DNA of 32,000 bases from Trichodesmium erythraeum IMS101. GTDB taxonomy: Bacteria > Cyanobacteriota > Cyanobacteriia > Cyanobacteriales > Microcoleaceae. Shown here one piece after another: positions 9,558-20,000 of this stretch. A program made the translations under genes and the position numbers. The notes under the pieces are model-generated. The model searched no databases and was not told the DNA's origin. It worked only from the letters and a program-made list of their open reading frames with translations. Location of the stretch: assembly GCF_000014265.1 (NCBI RefSeq), contig NC_008312.1, forward strand, positions 4,860,001 through 4,892,000. The letters are read 5' to 3'. Position 1 is the stretch's first letter. Every line of letters starts with the position of its first letter.

Positions 9558-12089
9558 TTATAAGTTATCTAACTGATTTCTGGTCATAAATAGGTTGACA
9601 AAATCATGTATCATGTTGCGATAATCTCTTAAGGTTTTATCTACCCAATCTCGATCGTTACTATCTGCATAAATATGTACTAATGGTTTTCCAGCATCAG
9701 GTAAAACTAATACCCAATAGTTATCTTGATGATTAATAATCTTTACTCCATCAGTTAATTCTAACTTTTCTGGTGGGTTAGTTTCTACTAAATACCGCAT
9801 TAATGCTCCCTTTACTTTCCAAGGACAACGTATGGTATAACAGCGATGAGTAATAGGAGGAATATCTGCAGTTATTTGTCCTAGCGATCGCTCTTGAATA
9901 GTTAACATTTCTATGACTTTAGCGATGCAAAACATAGCATCAAAACCAGGATGTAACTTTGGGAAAATAAATCCCATATCACCACTTCCTCCTAGCACCA
10001 CATTATGATTAATTTGGCAAGCTTTCATTAATGCTGTAGGATTAGCTTTTGTCCGAATCACATGACTATCATGACGATGAGCAATTTGTTCTACTGCAGC
10101 AGAAGCATTAATTGGTACTACCACTGTACCCCGTGGATGAGCTGTTAACATTAGATTTACCATTAGTGCAGTTAACGTTTCACCACGAATGGCAGAACCA
10201 ACTTCATCCACTAATATTAATTGTTCTCCATTTGCTGTTACCTGAACTCCAACATTAGCTTGCAAAGCTTCTACAACCCGACCTAATTGATCTAGTAAAT
10301 TTTCTCTTTCTTCTATCCCTAAAGAAGTTTCTTTTAAACTAGCATTTAGAACTACTGCATCACAACCAAATTTAGTTAATAATTGTGGTAATACTGCTCC
10401 CGAAACACCATAACAATAGTCAATTACCACCTTAGATTTACTATACCGAATTGCCTCAGAATTGAGAAGATTTTCAAAGCCTTTACTATAAGCATTTAAT
10501 ACTTCATGACGATCAATCATATTGCCAATTTCTGATATTTGTACTCGGCGGAAATCTTCTTTAAAATATGCTCCTTCAATGTTTTTTTCTTTCACTTTTG
10601 AAATATTAATCCCTTGATAATCAAAGATTTCAATTAATATTTGATCTGAGCGATCAGGAGAAAGACGTACATGAAGGCCACCCACTAAATTCATGGTGGG
10701 TAAAATTGTTCTGGCAATAGGAATAGCGGTAGATTGTAAATTGATTACATTAATTCCCACCGACATTAAACCAGCAATTAAAGACCGAGAAACCATCCGA
10801 GATATATTACGTTGGTCGCGAGAAACTGATACTGTAGAACCATTTTTTAAGGTAGAACCATAAGCAGCTCCTAACTTAACCGCAAAGTCTGGAGTAATAT
10901 CAATATTTGCTAATCCCTGCACCCCACGTTGTCCAAATAAGTTTCTCTGGGCAGTTGTACCCCAAATTAAGTTAATATTCAGAATGGCTCCTGATTCAAC
11001 TGTTTTACTAGGCCATACTCTGACATGAGGACTAATTTGGGCTTCTTCTCCCACAGTAGATAAAGAACCAACTACAGCACCTTCCAAGATTTGGGCACGA
11101 CGATGTATCCTAGAACCTCTACAAATTACACAACCTCGTAAATTGGTATCCTCTCCCACCAGTGTACCATTCCAAACAATAGGACGCTTGACATTAGCAT
11201 CTGCGCCAATTGTTACATTATCTCCTATGACACTACCTAGTTCAATATGAACTCTCGGACCAATTCTACAGTTATCTCCAATTAAAGTCGGAGTCTCAAT
11301 TTTAGCTGTTGGGTCAATATAAGTATTTTCTCCTATCCAGAGATTTGGCGATCGCTCTTTATAAGGCAACTCAAGTTTTACTGTGTGTTGAAGTGCATCA
11401 TATTGAGCTTTCCGATAAGAATCTAAATGTCCAACATCACACCAATAACCCTCAGCAATATAGCCATATATCGGCTCATTTTTATCTAACAATAAAGGAA
11501 ATAATTCTTTAGAGAAATCACATTCTTGATTACTTGGTAAATAATCTAAAATTTCTGGTTCTAAAATATAAGTTCCTGTATTAACAGTATCCGAAAATAC
11601 TTCACTTGTAGAAGGTTTTTCTAGAAATCTTTTAATCCTCTGCTCTTCATCTGTAATTACTACTCCAAATTCAATTGGATTATTAACTCGCGTCAATACT
11701 AACGTAGCTTTTGACTTATGTTTTTGATGAAATTCTATAGCTGCACTTAAATCAAAGTCTGTAATTGTATCTCCACTAATTACTAAAAATGTTCCATCTA
11801 AAAGTTCTGCAATATTTTTTACACAACCAGCAGTTCCTAGAGGTTGTTCTTCTTCCACAGAATATGTCATCTGAACTCCAAATTTACTGCCATCTTGAAA
11901 ATATTCACGCATTACATCAGGCAGATAATGTAAAGTAGCAATAATCTCCCTAATTTGATGTTTTTTTAATAGATTAATAATATGTTCAGCTATTGGACGA
12001 TTTAAAATTGGAACCATTGGTTTAGGAAGATCGCAAGTCAGTGGTCTGAGTCGTGTTCCTGAACCTCCAGCCATCAAAACTCCGCGCAT
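9558..12089 (-). CDS. Fusion protein: sugar-1-phosphate nucleotidyltransferase (GDP-mannose pyrophosphorylase-like), left-handed beta-helix and a C-terminal PGM/PMM-like domain
   Basis: 843 aa. The N-terminus has LMAGGSGTRLRPLTCDLPKPM (the GxGTRxxP motif). Hexapeptide-repeat region is IGDNCRIGPRVHIELGSVIGDNVTIG. The C-terminal four-domain phosphohexomutase-like region includes VSVSRDQR and LGGSGDMGFIF. Confidence 0.85.
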   Translation of the reverse strand: MRGVLMAGGSGTRLRPLTCDLPKPMVPILNRPIAEHIINLLKKHQIREIIATLHYLPDVMREYFQDGSKFGVQMTYSVEEEQPLGTAGCVKNIAELLDGTFLVISGDTITDFDLSAAIEFHQKHKSKATLVLTRVNNPIEFGVVITDEEQRIKRFLEKPSTSEVFSDTVNTGTYILEPEILDYLPSNQECDFSKELFPLLLDKNEPIYGYIAEGYWCDVGHLDSYRKAQYDALQHTVKLELPYKERSPNLWIGENTYIDPTAKIETPTLIGDNCRIGPRVHIELGSVIGDNVTIGADANVKRPIVWNGTLVGEDTNLRGCVICRGSRIHRRAQILEGAVVGSLSTVGEEAQISPHVRVWPSKTVESGAILNINLIWGTTAQRNLFGQRGVQGLANIDITPDFAVKLGAAYGSTLKNGSTVSVSRDQRNISRMVSRSLIAGLMSVGINVINLQSTAIPIARTILPTMNLVGGLHVRLSPDRSDQILIEIFDYQGINISKVKEKNIEGAYFKEDFRRVQISEIGNMIDRHEVLNAYSKGFENLLNSEAIRYSKSKVVIDYCYGVSGAVLPQLLTKFGCDAVVLNASLKETSLGIEERENLLDQLGRVVEALQANVGVQVTANGEQLILVDEVGSAIRGETLTALMVNLMLTAHPRGTVVVPINASAAVEQIAHRHDSHVIRTKANPTALMKACQINHNVVLGGSGDMGFIFPKLHPGFDAMFCIAKVIEMLTIQERSLGQITADIPPITHRCYTIRCPWKVKGALMRYLVETNPPEKLELTDGVKIINHQDNYWVLVLPDAGKPLVHIYADSNDRDWVDKTLRDYRNMIHDFVNLFMTRNQLDNL

Positions 12090-13123
12090 AATTTCTCCTT
12101 TGTTAATTTTTTTTCTATATTTATAGCAGTCATATTTAGCTTATGAATAAAACACAATTGTATAAGTAATAACGTTTTACGATCCCCTAAGTTAGGAATT
12201 CATACATTAATATTTTATAGGCTCAAAACTTTGACGCGCTTCTATATTTCAGGAAATTCTTTCAAATTTCAGGTATATTTAGGTAGTGTATCCTAAGTTA
12301 ATCAAATTCCTATAATATTCTGTCTTTTTGAATACCTACTGTGGAAAAAATTTAGGCAATAGGGAAAATCAGTTATCAGTTATTAGTACATTCAGCAATA
12401 GGAATTTTTCTCATCATAAATTGATTCTTATACTATTAAAATTGGATGATTGAGATATTATTTATTGTTCTTTAAATCCATTATGCACTTTGATATTTAA
12501 TTTCTTAACCTTAGTTCAATTACTATGCTTTCCCCTAGAAATGCGATAACTGTAAACTTTTAAATATTAGAGCATTTATAATTCATTTATTTTACTTAAT
12601 TGCCAATCTTTTATATTGTTTTATTTAAACCTTACATCAATATCCAAATCTTAGATTATATTTAACTTTCACAACCTAACAAAAATTCGCAACAACCAAG
12701 GCAAAGTCAGAATTTTACAAAACTAAAAATAAATATTTTTTATGATTTTTTTTCAAGTATTATTGGTTATAAATTTAAGCTTGTTTTTTGCTTGAATATA
12801 TTCAAAAGCTGAATGGTAACTTATTTCCCATAAAAAGCCGAAATTTATCTTTATTCCTTAGAAAAAACTATAACAAAGTGAATATCATTTAATTAATTAG
12901 AAGTGCATTACTTATTAAGCAATCCTATATAAATTGTAATATTTTGCTAGCAATTAGGAATCAAGAGTCAAAAGTTAGAATTTAAAAGATTTGCACTAGA
13001 AATTAATTATTATAAAAATAATCACAACTAATGATCGGATTACTATAATAAGGTTATAATAATTATAAAAATATTCAACTTGTAGCCCAGTTTAAGATTG
13101 ATTCAATAATCTATAATAAGGCT

Positions 13124-13363
13124 ATGTCCAAAAAAAAAGAACCTTTTCCGAGTTTTTGTGCCATGGGTACCATTATTAGTTTATTATTGCTTGTTATATA
13201 TGGAGGTGGAGCCTGGAAGTTCTGGAATGGATTTAAACAAACCAACTTTTCTCAGAGCTTTCAGAGTCGTTTGGTCTTATCTATATTATGGCCTGTTTTG
13301 TTAATTGGTAATAAATCTTATCGTAAGAACTTTACAAAGGCTCTTAAGGGTAATAGACGATAA
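13124..13363 (+). CDS. Small membrane protein with two predicted TM helices, function unknown
   Basis: 79-aa ORF with two hydrophobic segments and a basic tail. It ends 8 nt before the next gene on the same strand, which suggests an operon. No family recognised. Confidence 0.45.
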   Translation: MSKKKEPFPSFCAMGTIISLLLLVIYGGGAWKFWNGFKQTNFSQSFQSRLVLSILWPVLLIGNKSYRKNFTKALKGNRR

Positions 13364-13371
13364 AAAGAAAT

Positions 13372-14109
13372 ATGTCTCAAAAAAAGTCTGCCTTGTCTGC
13401 AAATAACGAGCAATCTTTCTGGTTTGCTAAAGAAAATTTAGATAATTGGTATGCTCAAATCATGGCAGTACAAGCTCGTTTTGAGCAAGAGTACCGCGGA
13501 GAACCTTTAGAGTTACCCCCCGAAGTAAAGGCAATGCCAATATTTCACGATTTTGCCTCTGGTAATCTCACAGCAAAAATAGTTTCTCCTTTTTGGGAAA
13601 TAGCTAAACCTAAAAAAAATAAAAAATGTTTGGATATTGGCTGTGGAGTGAGTTTTCTGATTTATCCTTGGCGAGATTGGCAGGCTTTTTTTTATGGTCA
13701 AGAAATTAGCACTATTGCTAGGGATAATCTGAATAAACGAGGTTCTTTACTAAATTATAAACTATTTAAGAAAGTAGAACTGGGACCTGCTCATCAATTA
13801 ATGTATCAAGCAAATGAGTTTGACTTGGCGATCGCTACAGGGTTCAGTTGTTATTATCCTGTGGATTATTGGGAACTTGTATTAGAGGAAGTAAAACGGG
13901 TTCTAAAATCGGAATGTCACTTGGTTTTTGATGTTATTAATTCAGAACAACCACTGGCAGAAAATTGGGCAATTTTAGAAACTTATTTAGGGGCAGAAGT
14001 ATTTTTGGAGCCACTAGAAAAATGGGAAAAAATTATTAAGGCTAAGGGTGGAAAAATAGTAAAGCAACAATCAGGAGAATTATTTCACATGTATAAAGTA
14101 AGGTTTTGA
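13372..14109 (+). CDS. Class I SAM-dependent methyltransferase
   Basis: 245 aa. Motif I is CLDIGCGVSFLIYPW, followed by an acidic residue and the post-I/II pattern (FDLAIATG). The substrate cannot be determined from the sequence. Confidence 0.75.
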   Translation: MSQKKSALSANNEQSFWFAKENLDNWYAQIMAVQARFEQEYRGEPLELPPEVKAMPIFHDFASGNLTAKIVSPFWEIAKPKKNKKCLDIGCGVSFLIYPWRDWQAFFYGQEISTIARDNLNKRGSLLNYKLFKKVELGPAHQLMYQANEFDLAIATGFSCYYPVDYWELVLEEVKRVLKSECHLVFDVINSEQPLAENWAILETYLGAEVFLEPLEKWEKIIKAKGGKIVKQQSGELFHMYKVRF

Positions 14110-14139
14110 ATGGTAGAGCACGAAATACGAAATTGTCTT

Positions 14140-14197
14140 GAGTTAGTAGCTAAGGATCGGTTGTTTAAGTGTATCTAACGGCCGGAGAATATTTTAA
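14140..14197 (+). repeat. B-type module copy, about 30 nt after the methyltransferase stop
   Basis: TAGCTAAGGATCGGTTGTTTAAGTGTATCTAACGGCCGGAGAATATTTTAA aligns with the B2 segment TATCTAAGGCTCGTTATGAATACTCGTGCCTAACAGCGGGGAAGGATGTTAA. Confidence 0.5.
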
Positions 14198-14833
14198 AAG
14201 TATTCATTATCTTTTCTTGTTTCTTTCTTTAAAATTTATGTAGAGAGTTTTATATTTTTGTTCATTTATTTATGATTTATTAATCAGCTAGTACTGTCGA
14301 GAATTAAGCAAAATTTAGCCTAACTAGAAGTAAGAATTAAGCTCATATAAGTATCCTACTAAGTAGTCGTGGAAATTATTAAACATCTATACCAGCTAAA
14401 TTATTTGTCTTCTTGTGAGCTGAAATAATTAGGGTTGGCTGAAAAAACTTAAAGCATTTACAGAATAATACTGTAGTTTTTTTTATTCAAAAAAAGAATG
14501 TGCAATAGTTTTGACTTAACAAGACTCAAAATGAAGTACTTTGAGCTACTAATGGCAGAAAAACTAAAAGAAAATACTTCCGACAAATCTTCTGTAATTC
14601 CCATTTATCCCTGCCTCTTTGCATCCTACCCTCACCTATAAAACTTATTGAGCCAAATCCTAATGAGAATAAGTAGATAATAATATAACGGTGCTTATAT
14701 TGTGTTGTTCAAAAAAAAAATACAAATTTACTCATGGTACGAATAATTTTGAAAAAAATTAGTATTATTGATTTATAAAATATAGGACTTCTTGTCGCTG
14801 TTGTTCATTATTAGGGTAATTAAAATAATCACC

Positions 14834-15961
14834 TTAATTAGTTTTAGCTTGCTCCTTTCTTGTTAACAAACGCCTAATTGAAGCTTTTTCAATAGACCCA
14901 ACTAAGATCCCATTTTCATCAATAACAGTTAGTTCACTGATTTGCTTTTGCTCTAACAAAGAAATTACTTCTAATAAAGAAGTTTTAGCGGTTACAGTCT
15001 CTATCTTTGCTAAAGGTTTTGTTAATGTTTTTACCTGAACCAAAGGCCATTGGGATGTATTAACTATTTTTAAATCATCAACGTTAATTACTCCTACAAA
15101 CTGCCCCATTTCATTTATCACTAAAAACTTCTTTCTAGCTTCTTTCCCAATAACATATTCATTCACAAATTCTCGTAAAGAGAGATTGTTTGATACAATT
15201 GGATTATCAGGAATAATAGCATCTACTGCATTTAAATCAGCAAGCATACCTTGAATTTCTCCATATTGGGCAGAGCGACCAGCATTTTGTAGTAGAAACC
15301 AACCAATGAGAATATTCCAAAAATTAGGAATTCTACTAAATAAAAATGCGGGAATTAAACCAGAAATTATTGCTAAACAACCAAATACTTGACCTACTCT
15401 ACTTGCAAAAATAATTCCTTTATAAGGGTTATTAGTGATTTTCCAAACAATAGATTTAAGGATATTACCACCATCAAGTGGTAAACCTGGAATTAGGTTA
15501 AATAATGCTAGGAATAAGTTGATATAAGCTAAAAGTTGAACAATGGATTCTGCTGGTCCAGTAATGGATGTAAATATATTAATTGATACAAAGAAACCGC
15601 ATAATAATATACTCACTAAAGGGCCAGCAATTGCTACCAAAAATGCTTCTATAGGAGTCTTAGATTCTCTATCTAAACTAGCTAAACCTCCGAAGAGAAA
15701 TAGGGTAATTGATTTTACTTTTATTCCCTGATATAGAGCAACAAAACTATGCCCTAACTCATGGGCTAAGACAGAGGAAAATAATAATAATGCTGTTATT
15801 AATCCTAGTATCCAAGGTAAGGTATTACCCAATTCTTGAGAAAATTGAGTTGCTAGGTCGTTACCATAAGTTAAAGTAAGGAGACCTAAGACTATAAACC
15901 AGGATGAGTTAATGTAAAATGGTATGCCAAATAGGTTGCCGACACGAAAAGATCCATTCAT
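14834..15961 (-). CDS. Site-2 protease family (peptidase M50) zinc metalloprotease with a C-terminal CBS pair
   Basis: 375 aa, multi-pass membrane protein. It has HELGHS (HExxH) and NLIPGLPLDGG (the LDG motif). The C-terminal part is CBS-like (INVDDL..., LTVIDENGILVGSI). Confidence 0.9.
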   Translation of the reverse strand: MNGSFRVGNLFGIPFYINSSWFIVLGLLTLTYGNDLATQFSQELGNTLPWILGLITALLLFSSVLAHELGHSFVALYQGIKVKSITLFLFGGLASLDRESKTPIEAFLVAIAGPLVSILLCGFFVSINIFTSITGPAESIVQLLAYINLFLALFNLIPGLPLDGGNILKSIVWKITNNPYKGIIFASRVGQVFGCLAIISGLIPAFLFSRIPNFWNILIGWFLLQNAGRSAQYGEIQGMLADLNAVDAIIPDNPIVSNNLSLREFVNEYVIGKEARKKFLVINEMGQFVGVINVDDLKIVNTSQWPLVQVKTLTKPLAKIETVTAKTSLLEVISLLEQKQISELTVIDENGILVGSIEKASIRRLLTRKEQAKTN

Positions 15962-16551
15962 AAATTTATCCTATAAAGTTAGTCTATTAGTTAAAACTAA
16001 TTTTTACTTTTTTGAAATTTACATATTTAATGTAACAAAATATCAATAAGTTGTGTTGTTTCTTGAGCTAGTGATATCCCTCCCTTAATGTTCGCTTATA
16101 GCAAAATTAACTCGATTATTTTCTCAGTAATATGACTAGATATTTTATCACAATATATATCTGGATTCAATTAATTCAGGTATAGAATTTTATATTTACC
16201 TCATTAAATAAAAATGATATGTGAATTATTAATTAATTAGATTATAACAAATATGATAGTAATAACAACATCTTTACGAACAAGGGGAAGAATGAATATT
16301 TTAGATTAACTAGATGATTTTATTAAAAATACAAGATGGTCTAAAGAAACAAAAATATTTTTGGTAGTAAAACGGATTTTTTCATGTTCATATTATTATC
16401 AAATCAAATAATTATTATAAAATTTGCTCGCAGTTTTATCAGTGGATGGAAGATAAGATAGTTTTTGTTGAGGGTTGAGAAAGTTTAAGGGTTTAATCTA
16501 AAAGAATGAAAGATTTATAGCCACAAAAAATATTAGAAAAAATTTACCTAT

Positions 16552-17035
16552 GAAAATAGTAATTTTTGAAAGTTTTGACTCTCAAGCTCAGTATTATAGT
16601 TACAGAAAATCTCAGTAAACATTTACTTTTTTCTCAGCTAAAATTTGATAACTTTTACTCTGAAGCTCAAGGTTAGGTTCATGGCTTAATCTCCAACAAT
16701 TTCAGAAATTTTCCTACCCTTAAAAAAAGGAAAGCAGCCTGAGGTAAAATGCCAAAATTTCCCCTGTAAAAACTTACTATTTTTACAGTTAAAATTTGAC
16801 AACTTTTACTCTGAAGCTCAAGGTTGGGTTTATGAATTAAGCTGGAAAATTTCAGAAATGTTCTTAATTCTTAAAACCAGGGAAGTAGGCTGAGATAAAA
16901 TACTATAATTTTCCCAGAAAAAACTTACTATTTTTATAGTTAAAGTTTGACAAATTTTACTCTGAGGCTCAAGGTTATAACTATAGAATATCTAAGGAAA
17001 AACTGACTATTTTCCAAGCTAAAATATTATAGTTA
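16552..17035 (+). repeat. Tandem repeat array, 151-bp period: about 2.4 good units plus degenerate partial units at both ends
   Basis: ACTTTTACTCTGAAGCTCAAGG starts at 16651 and 16802, and as AATTTTACTCTGAGGCTCAAGG at 16953, so spacing is exactly 151. The flanking AAAACTTACTATTTTTACAGTTAAAATTTGAC and AATTTCAGAAAT blocks also repeat. Partial units lie at 16552-16615 and 16998-17035. Confidence 0.85.
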
Positions 17036-20000
17036 TTATTCTCAAGATTAACATTAGGTTCACTAACATCTTGCTCCAACAGATTCACAACTTTTTTTAT
17101 TCTTAAACCAGCGTCACTTTCCAAATTTAATTTTACTTCTTTTCCCAAACATTCATAACATCTAAAAACCCAACTTTGATTATCCTCTGACCGTTTTAAC
17201 ATCATCAAAATTAAGTTCTCGGCTTCCCAACCTAAAAAACGATAAACTTGTGGCAATTTTCCATGAGATTTTTCTTCCCTAATCAAAGGCATTATTTGTA
17301 CCATCAAAGGCATATTTAACTCATAACCACGTTGTACAGTTCCTGCATTTTCCCAACTTCCAATATGAGGATAAATAGCATAAGTAAATTCGTGAATTCC
17401 TACATCAGCTTTCGAGTCAGGCCAAGTCGAACCTCTCAATAAAGTTAAACGTAATTCATCTGGTTTTGCATCATATCCATATTTACAGTCATTCAATAAA
17501 CTGACTCCATAGTTATCTTTACTAATATCTGCCCAATTTAAAGCTGGAACTTCCCATTTTGCTTTCTCTCTTTCTGTCTGAGGTTTAGTTGTTCTCTTAA
17601 TTGCTCCACAAGGAATTTCATAAGTAGTAAAATCTGCTTCTATATTTATAGGAAAAGCTGCTTTGACTAAAGTATGTTTTTCCTGCCAGTTTACCCAATT
17701 TTTAATTTTTAGTAGTTGGGAACCTATTTCCAAAATGTAATCCTGACAAAACTGAGAATTACCTATTTTTCTAATTATCCGCAGAGAACTTTTTAATTTT
17801 CCCTGTTCTATCCAAAAAATATCTATTAGTTTTGCTGAAGATAAAGGATGTTGTTGATAATTTGGATCAATATTCCAAGCATCCCAATATTGACCTTCAT
17901 CACGAAAAACTTTTAGTTTATTTCCTTCTGGTTTTCTCAGAACTTCCCGTTGATTAATCTTGTCAAAAATACTCTCTAGATTTCCTGTTGTTGCTTCTAC
18001 CTTTACCCGTAATAAATTGTTCTCTAGAACCCATTTTTCTATTTCTAAACTAACAGTATTGACATTTTCAATTTTTTTTGCTATTGTTCCTGTATGGTGG
18101 GCTATATATTTGCCTATGTATGATTTTTTGTTCAAATCTGAAAATCTAGAACATAACCAAAACAAACGATAACCAACTCCAGGTATGTCAGAAGCAAGAA
18201 ACAATAAGCTATTATCCGATATCTGAGAAGTAAGTATTTGCCCAGCATCGTCATAAACTTGCCAGTCATCTTCTCTGCCCTGCAAAAAGGTTAAATGTTG
18301 AGAGTTAGGTGTAAGTTCAAAAACCTCTCCCTTCTCCCTGTTCCCTGCTCCTTCAATATTCTTCTTTCCTGGAACTGAAACTAATTCTGAGCGTTGCCAA
18401 TTCAAAGAATTAAAGACAATTATCGGATAAATCATCCCATCCGCAAAAGTATCTAAAGGAAAAGGTGGGGAAACATTAACATCAGCAGCAACTTTTCCCA
18501 TAGCCTCCGCCAAAATTTCCTTACCCAGCCTTTCCGCCTCCGACCAATTCTGATTAACATTTACATAAGCTTCAGGAATAGCCGAACCAGGCAAAATATC
18601 GTGAAACTGATTAAACAAAACTAATTTCCAAGCCATCTCCAAATCATTCTTTCGATAAAAAGCACCAGTCATAATTGAGGCAAAAACAGCAAACAATTCT
18701 GCCTGGTACAACAAATTTTCACAACGGCGGTTCCGTCTCTTTTGATCTGCATGAGTTGTATAACATCCCCGATGAAATTCTAGATAAAGTTCATCCTGCC
18801 AAACAGGAAAAATACCTGAATTTTTCTCTACTAACTCAGCAAAAAAATTCTCAGCAGTTGAAAACTCCAACACAGGAAAAAAACCAGACTTTTGCCATCT
18901 TCTACTTATTTCCAACATATCGCGAGTCGGACCTCCACCATGGTCTCCTACACCAGGTAACCAAAAAACATTTTTTTCTCCAGTTTTTAGTTGCCATTCA
19001 TAAGCATACTTTGCCATTTTTACAGGTTCAATATTTTCTCCTATAGGCGGTAACATAAAACTAAAAATTCGACTTTTATCAGGAGCTTCCCACCAAAAAA
19101 TTTCAAAAGGAAACTCTGTTAAATCATTCCAACGTAACTTTTGAGTAGCAAAATATTTAATATTTCCGCCTTGAAGAATTTGAGGGAGTTGCCAACAGAA
19201 ACCAAAAGTATCTGGTAACCAAGCTACAGAAGAAAATTTGCCGAATTTTTCCCAAACATAACGTTGACCGTATAAAACTTGTCTAATTATTGATTCTCCT
19301 CCGACTGTATTTAATTCTGGTTCTACCCACAAACCTGCTGTGACTTCCCACTTGCCTAACTCAATTTGTCGTTTAATTTTATTAAATAAATCTGGTCGGT
19401 TTTGTTCTATCCATTCATATAATGCTGGAGTCGAATGACAGAAAATAAGTTCAGGAAAATCTTGTTGTAGATTTAGTACAGATGTAAAAGTTCGTTGTGC
19501 GGCTTCCCAAGTTTCTTCCACATCCCATAACCAAGCTAAATCTAGATGAGCATGACCTAATAGTTTTAGCTTTAAACTATTAATATAGCTCTCAGAAATT
19601 TTGGTTATTTCTGAGTGTAAATTTAGTAGCGATCGCTCGAACTTTTCTTTCTTTCCAACTGCTTGTAAGTCTATCAAACTGATAGATTTTTTTATTCTCT
19701 CTAATTTCAAGTCAATTTTAGATTCAAATTTAGTCAAATATTCCAGTAATATTTCTAGTCTATCTGCCATAAAACCAGGATCAAGCTGATAATTATTCAG
19801 ATTTTCATAGACAAACCAAGACTTTACTAAAGCACCTCGGTCATGTGCCGGACTTACCAATTTAATAGCAATAATAAAAGTCTTTCCAACTACGACCTTT
19901 TGACTCAGCAAAATTCTGCTGGAATAGTCAAATAAATCTCCTGTTTGTACTAACTTACCATTCACATAAATTTCTACATATTCAGCCCACCAAACCAAAC

